Part shown: positions 34,353-44,411 of the stretch, one piece after another | Layout of the letters: each line of letters starts with the position of its first letter | Numbering within the stretch: position 1 is the stretch's first letter | NCBI GenBank assembly: GCA_032718475.1 | Contig: JAUCBJ010008849.1 | Location: forward strand, 1-60,116 | Length of the DNA: 60,116 nt | Reading direction: 5' to 3' | Source of the DNA: Nemertoderma westbladi | Taxonomy: Eukaryota > Animalia > Xenacoelomorpha | The notes under the pieces: model-generated | Seen by the model: only the letters and a program-made list of their open reading frames with translations | Databases searched by the model: none | What the model was told of the DNA's origin: nothing | Translations under genes and position numbers: made by a program

Positions 34353-36756
34353 TTAATAAACTACATGTACTTTGTACATCGTCTTCCTCGTCACTTATGT
34401 CTAGTGTGCGCACAGGCGCTCGAGTATACCACCCTATCGGCGTTCTACAGGCGTATGCGTTTCCCGCTACGACTGCCGATGGTCTGGTTTCCCACACTTG
34501 ATGTAGATTGAATTGGTCCGTCCCGATCAGCATGGCTACCGATCTATAATTGACAGGACATTCAGGTACACCAAGGTGTCTGAAATACTTACGGTCCTCC
34601 AAGGATTGTTCTGGGACAGGACCTAGTAGGTTACTAAAGTCTTTTGTGGCCGCAAAAGTCAAATCCTTGAAGGGTAACAAAGACCTCTCCCTCTCGCTGT
34701 GTTGCGATTTTGGAAGAAGAGTGTCTAAGTCCAACTTAACTCGTGTCACTGGTATTGCACGTTGTCCGTGCATACTACTCACGGTGTAACTGACGCGCTT
34801 ACCTTGTTTGAGATCCGTCACTACGTCAGCTATCTGCTCGTCCACGTAGCTGTGAGATGAGGCTGAATCCAGGATAGCGTAGATTCTCTTGCTCCCCTTT
34901 GTGCCAGTAATCTTAATCGGAATTACGCTGAATCCCTTTAGTTGGTCAGTCGTCAGGAGCGTGATCGATGGTTGTTCGTCTCCATCAGAATATACGTCGT
35001 CGTCTTCTGACTCTTCGTCCGACGATCCGGATTGTTCTGAGAAGCAATCCTTTATATGTGTCACAAAGGTTGGAGTCGTTTTCGATTCTCGACTTCTGTA
35101 GGCCGCATCACATCTCGCTGCTGCTTCCGGGTGTTCCCTGGCGAAGCGTTTTGTCGGCGTGTGGCTGTCTGTGTGGAGCAGACCGTCGTGGTTGCGTCCA
35201 CAGGATGGACAAGTGTCAGTATTTGGGCAATCCTTGCGAACGTGTCCGTGTCGCGTACACCGCCAACAAGAGTCCAGTGGCCGTATCTGCAGCCGTCGTT
35301 CTTCCGAGTTTAACTCGCGAAACTGTCGACAACCTCTCAACTTGTGACCGCTATACCGCTTGCCTAAATGCTCGCAGTATTGGCAGCCGCTGAAGTCGGT
35401 ACTGAGTTGCTGTCTCGTCTGTTTTGTCCCAATGGGCGCAGATACCCTACTACCGTCCGAGAATTGTCGTGATTCCGTCGGTGTGGCGTAAGTGGCCATC
35501 TTAGTGGATGTTGTCTGGGGTTTTTGTCGGTTTGAGGATGGCAAGGTGATTCCTTCTGCCACGATGTGCTGGTCAGTGTAGTTGGATCGAGTTTCTACCA
35601 CTGCCTCCCTGGATATCAAAAGGTACACATCCTCCAGTTTTAAGAATCCACCCCGCTCTTCCCGCTGATATTCGATCTTCCTCCACTCCCGACGAAGTCG
35701 ATGGTGGAGTCGTCCTATGATCTTTAATAGGACTGTAGGGGTATTCCCGTAGTCAAGTTGTCCAATGGATCTCAAAGTAGTGATAGCGTTCTTTATCTCG
35801 TCAGCCAGTTTTAATAAGTCGACGGGTTTAGTGATAGCCCCTCCCTTACAGAGTTCCTCTATCACTGACCTGGCCATGCTGAATGTACCTCCGTAGATCG
35901 AAGTTAAACGATCGTACGCTAGTTCGAAAGCGTCCGGTACGCCAACGAAGGTCTCCGCCAAACGTTTAGGTTCTCCTGACAACGTTTGAAGCAGGTAATT
36001 AAACTTCTCCCGTGATGTAAAGGCGCACACGGCGATCTGAGATTCGATATAGTCTACGAAAGTGTGCCAGTGTTTCGAGCTACCGGAAAACTTAGGTGGT
36101 TGTTGCACCGGTAGTCCTTGTCTAGCTGCGAATTTCGCTATCTCCTCGGCAACGTTCAGAGTTTCGCGTCCTTGGTTGGTAATCTGGTTGATGTTCTCCC
36201 TTCTTGGCGCTTTTCCCTGATACGAAGTATGTTTTGAAGGTACCGGTCTTTGTGGTTCCTTCGGGTGTCTATTGTGTTCGAATTCAGTGTTCCTCGAACT
36301 ATCGGTTTGAACTTCCTCCAGACGCTCCTCGATCTGAGCCAACTTGTTAACAACTGGTCGCAGGATGTCGGCGAACTGTTGTGTACTGATTGCGTCCGTT
36401 GGTTGTAACGCCTTCTGTGTTGGTGTATTCTGTGGAGGATTGTCTACAAAGGAGTTGTCTGAACGCTCGCGTTTATATTCATCGGCCGCCCCTGTTCTAA
36501 ATACCTCGCGTTTTGGGTAATCCGATTCGCTCGAAGTACTACTATCCACTTGCGTCCTTCTGGGCTCCTCTCTGATGACTCCGAGGCGCACCCATGAGGC
36601 GGACACCTTTCCACCACCCTTGGGGCCAGTCCGACAGATGTTATTATCAGACCGGGCCGGAGGGTGGCCTGATGCTTCCCGGGTTCTGTTTTCGGTCCCC
36701 CGATCACACCAGCACAGCTCGTCGAACGTGTAGCCAGATGGGCGGCTACTGTCAAC
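34291..36756 (-). CDS. gag: BEL/Pao Gag core + aspartic protease
   Basis: PPKFSG..W..F capsid-like motif, three Cys/His knuckles (CQYC, CWRC, CPSC), AILDSASSHSY protease; frame open from 36756 with no early ATG. Confidence 0.9.
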   Translation of the reverse strand, partial: VDSSRPSGYTFDELCWCDRGTENRTREASGHPPARSDNNICRTGPKGGGKVSASWVRLGVIREEPRRTQVDSSTSSESDYPKREVFRTGAADEYKRERSDNSFVDNPPQNTPTQKALQPTDAISTQQFADILRPVVNKLAQIEERLEEVQTDSSRNTEFEHNRHPKEPQRPVPSKHTSYQGKAPRRENINQITNQGRETLNVAEEIAKFAARQGLPVQQPPKFSGSSKHWHTFVDYIESQIAVCAFTSREKFNYLLQTLSGEPKRLAETFVGVPDAFELAYDRLTSIYGGTFSMARSVIEELCKGGAITKPVDLLKLADEIKNAITTLRSIGQLDYGNTPTVLLKIIGRLHHRLRREWRKIEYQREERGGFLKLEDVYLLISREAVVETRSNYTDQHIVAEGITLPSSNRQKPQTTSTKMATYATPTESRQFSDGSRVSAPIGTKQTRQQLSTDFSGCQYCEHLGKRYSGHKLRGCRQFRELNSEERRLQIRPLDSCWRCTRHGHVRKDCPNTDTCPSCGRNHDGLLHTDSHTPTKRFAREHPEAAARCDAAYRSRESKTTPTFVTHIKDCFSEQSGSSDEESEDDDVYSDGDEQPSITLLTTDQLKGFSVIPIKITGTKGSKRIYAILDSASSHSYVDEQIADVVTDLKQGKRVSYTVSSMHGQRAIPVTRVKLDLDTLLPKSQHSERERSLLPFKDLTFAATKDFSNLLGPVPEQSLEDRKYFRHLGVPECPVNYRSVAMLIGTDQFNLHQVWETRPSAVVAGNAYACRTPIGWYTRAPVRTLDISDEEDDVQSTCSLLTTNSIHSFSHDVDHTTLHTK

Positions 36757-37771
36757 TTACTGTGGCCTGACTGTACATTGAGCCAACTCCAAGTATAACA
36801 AAGAGTCAACCGGCAGGTGGACCAGTCGATAGCGATCGAGCACCAAGGTCGCCCTTGGGCCTAACCGACGGTCTTGTCCCATGTGGGCTTGCGCTACCCA
36901 ACATGGAATATTGACACGTTTTCACCTGCCTCGCCGGCAATATTGAGGGGAAGTAAGTTCCACAAACAATATTGACTAGCTCGAAAGCTAGGAACAAGTA
37001 ACCACTTACCCGTCCTGTACACGTGTACTCAACAGATGTTCACGAAATCAAGTACACTACGGTAAACACAAAATCTGACACATACCATGCACACACAGAG
37101 GACATAATCGGGTAAGACAAAATCGGGGTCAAAATCGGGAAAGACAAAATCAGAGGGGACAAAATTGTATCGACGACCGGACAAATCTAGAGTACTTTAT
37201 TTTGCCGTCAGGGCAAAATAACTTTGTGTGCACAAAGTATGCTGGGGCGCAGTAAAGTATGGTCCTACTAATACCAGCGGCGTCTTGTCCAACTGGCAAG
37301 GGTTCCCATACCCACTCGCAGTGGCCACACATACAATCACGTGTACTCACGTACTCACAGCAACAGAAAACTCAAGACCCGACGGTTTATTCCAATGCCA
37401 CCAAAGACCAAGTCAGCTGAACATGGAGACAATAACATATAGTATCAAAAAAACGGAACAGCTGACGGTCAATGGAACCATCCAAGCCCCAAGCAAACTG
37501 CCACTGATCGCCCACATACAAAACATAGTTCACGCCACATGAGCCACAAATCACGCCATGCCACCACCCCTACTGTATACAGGACTGGCAGTACGGCAAC
37601 AGGCCGACTAGACGGTACCACGGCACCATGGCAATTCATGGTTCGTCAGACACGAGGGCCTTCAGTGACTCCCTAGCACTATACATCAGATTTAACGTGC
37701 CCCCAGACCCTCACGAGTCCGCCGCCGCCTGTTCCAGACACCCCTATAGAGACCTCACCTCTTTAGGTATC
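36547..37771. repeat. Internal 1.2-kb direct repeat, copy B
   Basis: Colinear with 24478-25681; separates ORF1 from gag core. Confidence 0.95.
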
Positions 37772-39802
37772 TGGATATGGTGGTCGACGTGTTCGCGTCC
37801 GTTGCGTCGTACGAATTCTAACGTTTCGTTTTGGAACATCGTCCACTGATCTCCGCTGCTCGGTAGGCTCACAAGTCTTCCTCAAAGTCGTAGATTGCGA
37901 TGCAAACTGGTTGAACGGTCGCGTATCCACTGGTCTCCGTTGTTCGGTAGGCTCACAAGTCTTCCTCGAAGTCGTAGATTGCGATGTAAACTGAACCGGT
38001 GGGCGAATGACAGCATTTGAATCAACTGGCCTTGTAGGTCGAAACGTCATTGGGTAAGCGTAGTGTGTAACGGGTTTAGGTGTCGACGGTGGACTCACCT
38101 GTTTAGTAGTCAGTAGTGCAGGTCCAGTCAACAAACTACTACGATCTGTAATCGGTGGGTTACTTACCTTGACTTTCAAAATAGGCGACGACGTTGCTCT
38201 TGACGGTATGAATTTGTCCGGAATAACCAACCTGTGTTCCGTCGCACCATGGATAGGAGAAATATCACTACTACCCGCAATCGAAACAGGTTCCTTAGTC
38301 GTAACTGGTGCAAACATATGAGTTACCTGTGGGAATCGTTGACACAAGTCCTTTACTAATTGTCGTTCCTGTCCGGGTGCTCCTACGCTTCCTTCCTTCT
38401 TCCGTTCCTGAATTTGGCGATGTCTTACCTCTATCTGGTCCAAGTCATGTCCGTCTCGAGATCTCATTGATCGATCGTGGGCTTGTAGATCCAGATCTTC
38501 CTTCGCGTTGGCTAATTCTCTCGCCTTCTTCCCGAGTTCGAAATGAAGTTTAACTTCCTTCTCGCGTTGTTCCGTCTGTTGTTGTTGCGCCTCGAGCTCC
38601 GCTTGTCTTATCGCTGATTGAGCCTTTATTTGCCGTTTTTTCATTTCAGCTCTTGCTTCCGAAACTCGCTTGTGTTCTTCCAACTCCGCTGCTCGTCGCT
38701 CTAGTTCCGCTGCTGCTGCTCGTCGCTCCGACTCCACTGCTTGTCGTTCTAACTCAGCTGCTGCCGCTTGTTGCGCTAACTCAGCTGCCGCTGTTCGCTG
38801 TGCTATTTCTAGCTCCAACCTTTCCATCTCAGCCGCTTCCAACTCGGCTTGTTCTTGCAGATGAGAGATTCTTGCAACATTCGCAACGCGTATTTTCTCT
38901 TCTTGCACGGCTGCTTGTGCCGTCAACAGTTGAGCTTGTTCCTCAGCTTCCCGTTGTTGTCTATTGTGCTGTTGTTGCTGTCTGGAAATTTCTGACGTCA
39001 CTATACTTATCTCGCCAATTTCGCTGCGAATACTCACTAACGATTGGTCCAGTATTCCCGGTGCCGATTCGATTCGTACGGGTGAAGTTTCCCTCGTATA
39101 TTCCGGCACGGTTTCCAAATCGCCGACGTCTTCCCCGCACATACGTAAGTGGTCCGTCAGATGTTTCAATTGTCCATCTAGTCGGTACAGTTCCTGTTCT
39201 TCCTCGGGTTGCAATAATTCGTCCGAAACTGACTCACCTAACAACTGGTCCGCTTGTTCCTGTTGTATTTGCCTAATCGTCAACTTAAACTGAATCAGTT
39301 TCTCTCTAGCGATCATTAGTTTCTCGAGGATTCTAAGTTGAGTATCCATGTCCTGTCTCTGTCTAGCTAGATCTTGTAGACCAATTAGGTTATCTACGGA
39401 CTTGTGTACTCTAGTTTGCACTCTAACCTGGAGGGTGTAGAACTCGAATCGAGACATCGGAGCGGTCAACTCGTCTAATATGCGTTGGCCTTCTCCAATA
39501 CTCCTGGTAATATGCGCCATATATCCTCCGACGCTCCTAACAACGCTTTCCTGACTTCCTGCTGAACTTACCATGTCCGATTCCCTATATCTAGGTTGCG
39601 GAACAGTTAGAAAGTCCTCGGTCCTGCCGTCACCTCGTACTACGGCATCCGGTACTCCCGTTGGATGTACTGGTGACGCACACGGTGTAGGTTCGGTAGG
39701 CTCACGAGTCTTCCCCTGTTGTTCTTCCGCTGCTGACTTATCCGCGTCACACGAGTCATAGTCGGTAGGTGTGTTCTTCGTATAGTCTTGTTTGTCACTC
39801 AT
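37763..39802 (-). CDS. ORF1, 679-aa coiled-coil protein (probably detached Gag N-terminus)
   Basis: ATG-started long ORF with E/Q/R/A heptad-rich middle and Pro/Ser/Thr-rich tail; first ORF after the 5' UTR. Confidence 0.8.
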   Translation of the reverse strand: MSDKQDYTKNTPTDYDSCDADKSAAEEQQGKTREPTEPTPCASPVHPTGVPDAVVRGDGRTEDFLTVPQPRYRESDMVSSAGSQESVVRSVGGYMAHITRSIGEGQRILDELTAPMSRFEFYTLQVRVQTRVHKSVDNLIGLQDLARQRQDMDTQLRILEKLMIAREKLIQFKLTIRQIQQEQADQLLGESVSDELLQPEEEQELYRLDGQLKHLTDHLRMCGEDVGDLETVPEYTRETSPVRIESAPGILDQSLVSIRSEIGEISIVTSEISRQQQQHNRQQREAEEQAQLLTAQAAVQEEKIRVANVARISHLQEQAELEAAEMERLELEIAQRTAAAELAQQAAAAELERQAVESERRAAAAELERRAAELEEHKRVSEARAEMKKRQIKAQSAIRQAELEAQQQQTEQREKEVKLHFELGKKARELANAKEDLDLQAHDRSMRSRDGHDLDQIEVRHRQIQERKKEGSVGAPGQERQLVKDLCQRFPQVTHMFAPVTTKEPVSIAGSSDISPIHGATEHRLVIPDKFIPSRATSSPILKVKVSNPPITDRSSLLTGPALLTTKQVSPPSTPKPVTHYAYPMTFRPTRPVDSNAVIRPPVQFTSQSTTSRKTCEPTEQRRPVDTRPFNQFASQSTTLRKTCEPTEQRRSVDDVPKRNVRIRTTQRTRTRRPPYPDT

Positions 39803-40599
39803 TTCGGTAGTTGTAAGTCAAGTAAAGTGAGTGTCAAAGTATCGAGTTTACCGTATTTATATCTAAACGGCACTAATTACAGTCATATAAAATTAGCCTA
39901 CCGGCCGATTTTATAGCAGATGGATAAAATTAGCCTAAACGGCCAATTTTACAGCAAATAAATGTCACGGAATAAGTATATAATAAAATTAGCCTAGCGG
40001 CCAATTTTATAACAAATAAATCGGATAACGATATGCGTTATCAAAAGGTAAATTAAATACAATAATACGGACTAATTCAGCAATGAACAAAGAAATCATA
40101 CGGAATGCATAAATACTTGAGACAGTGGAACCCACAATAATTTTAACTAATACGGTAATGCCTAACTTATTTATGCAACTTTTCAAACTCACCCACTCCA
40201 ATAATTCTCCAGAAAAACAGATTCCCAGATACAAACCGGACGTGAACCTTTCCGTTTTTAACGTTGCGGACGAAGCACGATTTTCCCAACCAAAGTTGTT
40301 GAGTTATCTATCTCCCAAACTTGCTAAACACGGTCTTGCTCCTGTTACAGTCTAGAAATGAGTTCTGAATCCTGAAAAAACAAAAGAGTTAGGTTTTACT
40401 TTACGAAAATTTTTGTACCGGTACAATATGGTATTTAAACCCTTTTAAACACCGGTATTCAATTCCAAAAATATTTTTACGCGGTTCAAATCAAATTTTA
40501 TTTCAAAAAATTAGCACTTAGCTAATCAAATATAAATTTTACCTCAAAATACAGAATTTTCAAATCACTTTAGTCCTACCGAACCGTAGTTCAGTAAAA

Positions 40600-40610
40600 C
40601 ACATTCCTAC
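40600..40610 (-). promoter_or_regulatory. Putative non-tRNA primer-binding site GTAGGAATGTG
   Basis: Abuts the 5' LTR, lacks TGG, and is the exact complement of sense LTR sequence at 41641-41651. Confidence 0.6.
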
Positions 40611-41973
40611 TATTCGAAGAGACGGTAACAATACCTGCAATATCCTACTGTAAAGTTTGTGAATCAAATCATAAATCCGACCTTCTCACCAAAACAGTAA
40701 ACTCTAAGTAAGCGAATATATTGCAGTATCGATCTCTTATAACCGGTGAGGCAGAAAACAGTCTACGAGCAGACAAACTTCGATAAAACAAAATCCCGCG
40801 CAGCGAATCCTAAAATCAGGCTGACTCGCTGACGGACTAAGGGGCTCGTATACTTTGCCGCGGTGTGATTTATATGGTTGGGCAAAGAGACGCTAGCTAG
40901 GTACAGAGGCAGAGATTTGGAGATGTCTAACTAGCGGGCAAAGCACAGTACGGACAAAAGTTAATTTTATAAATTTTGAGGTGTAAATAATTTCTAACGC
41001 GCGTGTGTTAATTCTGAACGGTCAAAGGCAGTTTTGCTCCTTCACATATATAATTACTGGGTACGGTGTGCATTTTACGAATATTCTAATTTTGTAACTT
41101 GTAGGTCCAATACAAACGAATGATAAGGTTCCTTCCCCTCTTGCGTATTTCCAGGACTCAAATTCAGGCATAAGGTTAATGCTACGCCCAGAATTCGGCA
41201 ATTTTAGGTACCAGGTCCCTGATACTAAGAAGAAATGTGTTAGTTTACTACTGTAGGCGTACAGTTACTAATAGCTATCCTGGCTCTTATCTAGAATTTT
41301 AGTCACCTAGGTAGGCTGGGTAACTTCCTATCAAGACGTTGGCGGGGACACGATAGATGTTAGTATATCCCTAATAGCCTCAATTTATTTGCGCCTAGTT
41401 GTAAACTGCCCTACCGCCTGAACGGTACAATCCTAATTCAGGTGAAACACAGCAACCCTCCTAGCCTACAAGTTCTGATGCAATGGACACCGTGGTACTA
41501 CAAATAGTCGCACACGCACCTGTACTTAGCAAGAGTTAGGCGTACAGTTTGCTGCACCCTACCAATTTGTATGCTTCGTACCGGTGTGCCTACGTCCTAT
41601 CTGCGTACTAGTATCTGCCTGCTCTTTCCCTCTCCCCCCCGTAGGAATGTGAAGGTCTACTGTGGTTTTTTCCTGAATCAAGACAGTACAGTCCCTAAGA
41701 TGTAATTTTAGGCTCACAGCGTGTCACTACTTCTACCTTTGATCTTTGGTCTTACGCTTAGGTAGCAAGGCGTCGAACGCTGTCTAACCTTTCAGGCGAT
41801 GGGCGAATAACTAAGGTGGTATTGCGGGTTGTCTCTTGTCTACATTCCCATGATGTTCCCGTTCATTGCTGCGGCCCGATCTCTAGCCGGCCATCCTGTC
41901 CCTTAGCTGGGTTCACCGTGGTGAAGCATAGTAAAACAGATAGAAAAGGGCAGATGTGACTAGTATTTCTAAC

Positions 41974-42225
41974 TTTATTACAAAATCAAATAATAACTAT
42001 TATACAATAAACAATGTAATCTGAAATAATGTAGTATACGATAGAAGTGAAAGAATAACTAATGAACAAATCGCACCTTTATATAGCAAATTTGTGCTGC
42101 AATCAATCGAGAAAATTCTCGATTGTTCTATAGGTTCTAACAGGTTTTTAAAGATAGCTATTGGTCCAGCTAATATATAACTTGCACGACATTGGTTACA
42201 ATCAAATAACTACAGTCTCATTGGT
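41974..42225 (-). promoter_or_regulatory. LTR Pol II promoter and poly(A) signal
   Basis: Three CCAAT boxes (~42160, 42191, 42220), TATATAAA (42078-42085), TCATTAGT Inr-like site (~42060), AATAAA (41974-41979). Confidence 0.65.
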
Positions 42226-42281
42226 ACAGACAAATGCAATTAATTTGTAGTGGTCAATTTAAATGAGTTGAAATTCTGCAC

Positions 42282-42368
42282 AAAAAATAATTCGCACTTA
42301 CTAGGATTCGAACTCAATACCTACTACACATATAATTTCCAACGCTCTACCGACTGAGCTACTGAACC
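42282..42368 (-). ncRNA. tRNA-derived Pol III unit in U3 of the 5' LTR
   Basis: Same A box, B box and T6 terminator as in the 3' LTR. Confidence 0.6.
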
Positions 42369-42495
42369 ACTTGACCAATAGGCGTACAAATGATAGAACA
42401 AACACAAATGAGGACTCAAAGTAATCTTTTACAAAGTTAATTCGAATAAAATAAAATTTTGAAAATCCACGGCATTTAGGGAATATAATTCTATA

Positions 42496-43930
42496 CTATG
42501 GGACTTCCCAATCCCGGAAAGACTATTTAACGCTGCCCTTGCCTTCCCTTTACTTATCCGAAGGTCTTCAAGGTATTTTAAAGACCTCAGGGGGAACATC
42601 GTCCACTCCACTGGCACAATGGGTCTTAATGCTCTTTGCAGCAGCAAAGGAGATATCACCAATGGGAATATCTGGGAGTACAGACTCAGACACTTTTACT
42701 TCTATAAAGTTATCAGGCAATACCCTGTCATTATTGAGGAGCTTTTCACAGTGGACCTTCCAACCATTGAGGCTATCGGCTGGTGATTCTGCCTTGACCT
42801 TGGTGGTTGGTTGGCTTTTCCGCCCAGTAAGCAAGCCATCATCCCTGGGATGATTGCCTGATGTTGTAAGCATCATTGATGGCATCAACCTGTTGGTTTA
42901 TTACCTCCTGCAGATTAACAGAGTACTGCCTCTTCATGGACCAAGATGCAGCCTTAACTGCATTCTTGGCCACTGTAGTCTGTTTGAGTCAGACTCTTTC
43001 TGTGCCTTATATAGGTCATTTCGGCACTTCTGAATTCTGTGGTCAGTCCAGGGGGCCCTTTTCCTGTTTCGAGGGTATATAGTAACTGTTTCTCCAGCTG
43101 CTAACTGAACTGCGTCTGTGAAGGCAGTATAGCCCTCGCAGTGATCTTTTCCTCCTCAGAGGCAAGAACCTCATACCTTTTACTCAGCTATAGTGTGAAG
43201 CTGGATCTCACACTTGGCTGTTGCAACAGAGAGGACCAGTCATGCCGCGGAAAGGCAGATTTTGTTGTTCTGCTAGCATGCAGACTAAGTCTTACCTAAT
43301 AAGGCGGTGATCACTGGAGAAGGGTCGAAGTGTAAAAGCATTACAGCCTTGTATAGAGCTCCTGTATTTCCTACGAAACATAATATGGTCTATATCTGGG
43401 ACTTGTGACCACTGGGACCACTATGAGTCCATAGCTTTCCAGTTCGCTTCATGAACTGGGTTCCAGCTGAAAACAATCCATTTGCAGATATATGCTTATT
43501 GATAAGTACTATTGATAAGGACAGGTACTGCCTGTTAAGGGACCTAGATGCAGCCTTAACTGCATCCTTGGCGTTCTCATGTGGCCAAGTCAGCAGGACT
43601 CTTTCTGCGCCTTAGGGAGGTCATTGTTTTGTTTTTTAATTCTGTGGTCAGTCCAGGGGGCCTTTTTCCTGTTTCGAGGGTATACAGTAACTGTTAACCC
43701 AGCAGCTGTTTAACTTAACTTCTTCTGTGAAGATAGTATAGCCCTCGCAGTGATTTGTTGCCTCAGAGACGAGAACCTCATACATGTTTTCACCTTTAGA
43801 GTGAAGATAGATCCCATATTGGGCTGTTGCAACAGAGAGGACAAGTAGTCATGCCCTGGCAAGGCAGATTTCGTAATTCTGCTAGTGTAGAGACTAAGTC
43901 TTGGTCACTTGGGACCTTGGTCACAATAAA
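42496..43930 (-). pseudogene. RTE-like LINE, 5' piece (APE remnant to RT start), internally deleted and partly duplicated
   Basis: IDHIMFRRKYRSSI, WKVHCEKLLN, SGVDDVPPEVFK, RISKGKARAA motifs; ~42940-43300 repeated at ~43545-43900. Confidence 0.8.
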
Positions 43931-44228
43931 GCGATGATGCCTTAATATACACACTAGCTGTAAAAAGAATATTCCTTTCTATTTGAATCCGGACAATGCC
44001 GACCTTAGACCATTCAGACCCAGAACATTCCTACACTTTTCTAACTTGCACTTTTCTTCAATTGTTTGGAGTTGTCTAGGTCAGAAATGTACTGGTCGGA
44101 ATTGTCATAATTTCAACTGGATAGGAATTCCCTTATCGAAACATTGAAACTGACGTAGATTCATGTATGATGTCAACATGTAAACAGTAGGTATTTTAAA
44201 ATAATATGTATCTGTTATAGTTACTTAC

Positions 44229-44411
44229 ATTAGAAGAGCAAGGCAATTCTTTACCAATTGCTTTCTTCACGCGAATGTTAAGATAGTCTGATTGTGTGGT
44301 CCATGGAACCAGTCTGATGCAAGTGTTTCTGGTGAACCATTCATTGGCCTGATCAACTGCACTGTGAGCTGCTTGTATACAATTTTCATGTTTGTATGGT
44401 ATTAAATAATG
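44229..44411 (-). CDS. Astacin exon (N-terminal catalytic domain)
   Basis: ttttatag|HYLIPYKHENCIQAAHSAVDQANEWFTRNTCIRLVPWTTQSDYLNIRVKKAIGKELPCSSN|gtaagt; 183 nt, phase 0/0; CSSN+VGR restores CxSxVG. Confidence 0.9.

Larger units (their letters stand above)
21664..42495 (-). mobile_element. Full-length 20.8-kb BEL/Pao LTR retrotransposon with extra ORFs
   Basis: Two ~1.88-kb direct repeats; TSD CTATG (21659-21663, 42496-42500); BEL-type gag triple Zn knuckle and PR-RT-RH-IN order. Confidence 0.95.
40611..42495 (-). repeat. 5' LTR (1885 bp)
   Basis: Sense termini TATAGAA...TTCGAATA; near-identical to 21664-23541. Confidence 0.95.

Noticed and set aside
36570-36600. CTGATGA hammerhead core
   Set aside because: No GAAA partner or stems; on the antisense strand and absent from repeat copy A
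24478-37771. 1.2-kb repeats as LTRs of an independent nested element
   Set aside because: No TG..CA, TSD or PBS, and they are more diverged than the outer LTRs, the opposite of a later insertion
30358-39761. Plus-strand ORFs within the element
   Set aside because: Antisense shadows of gag, pol and ORF1
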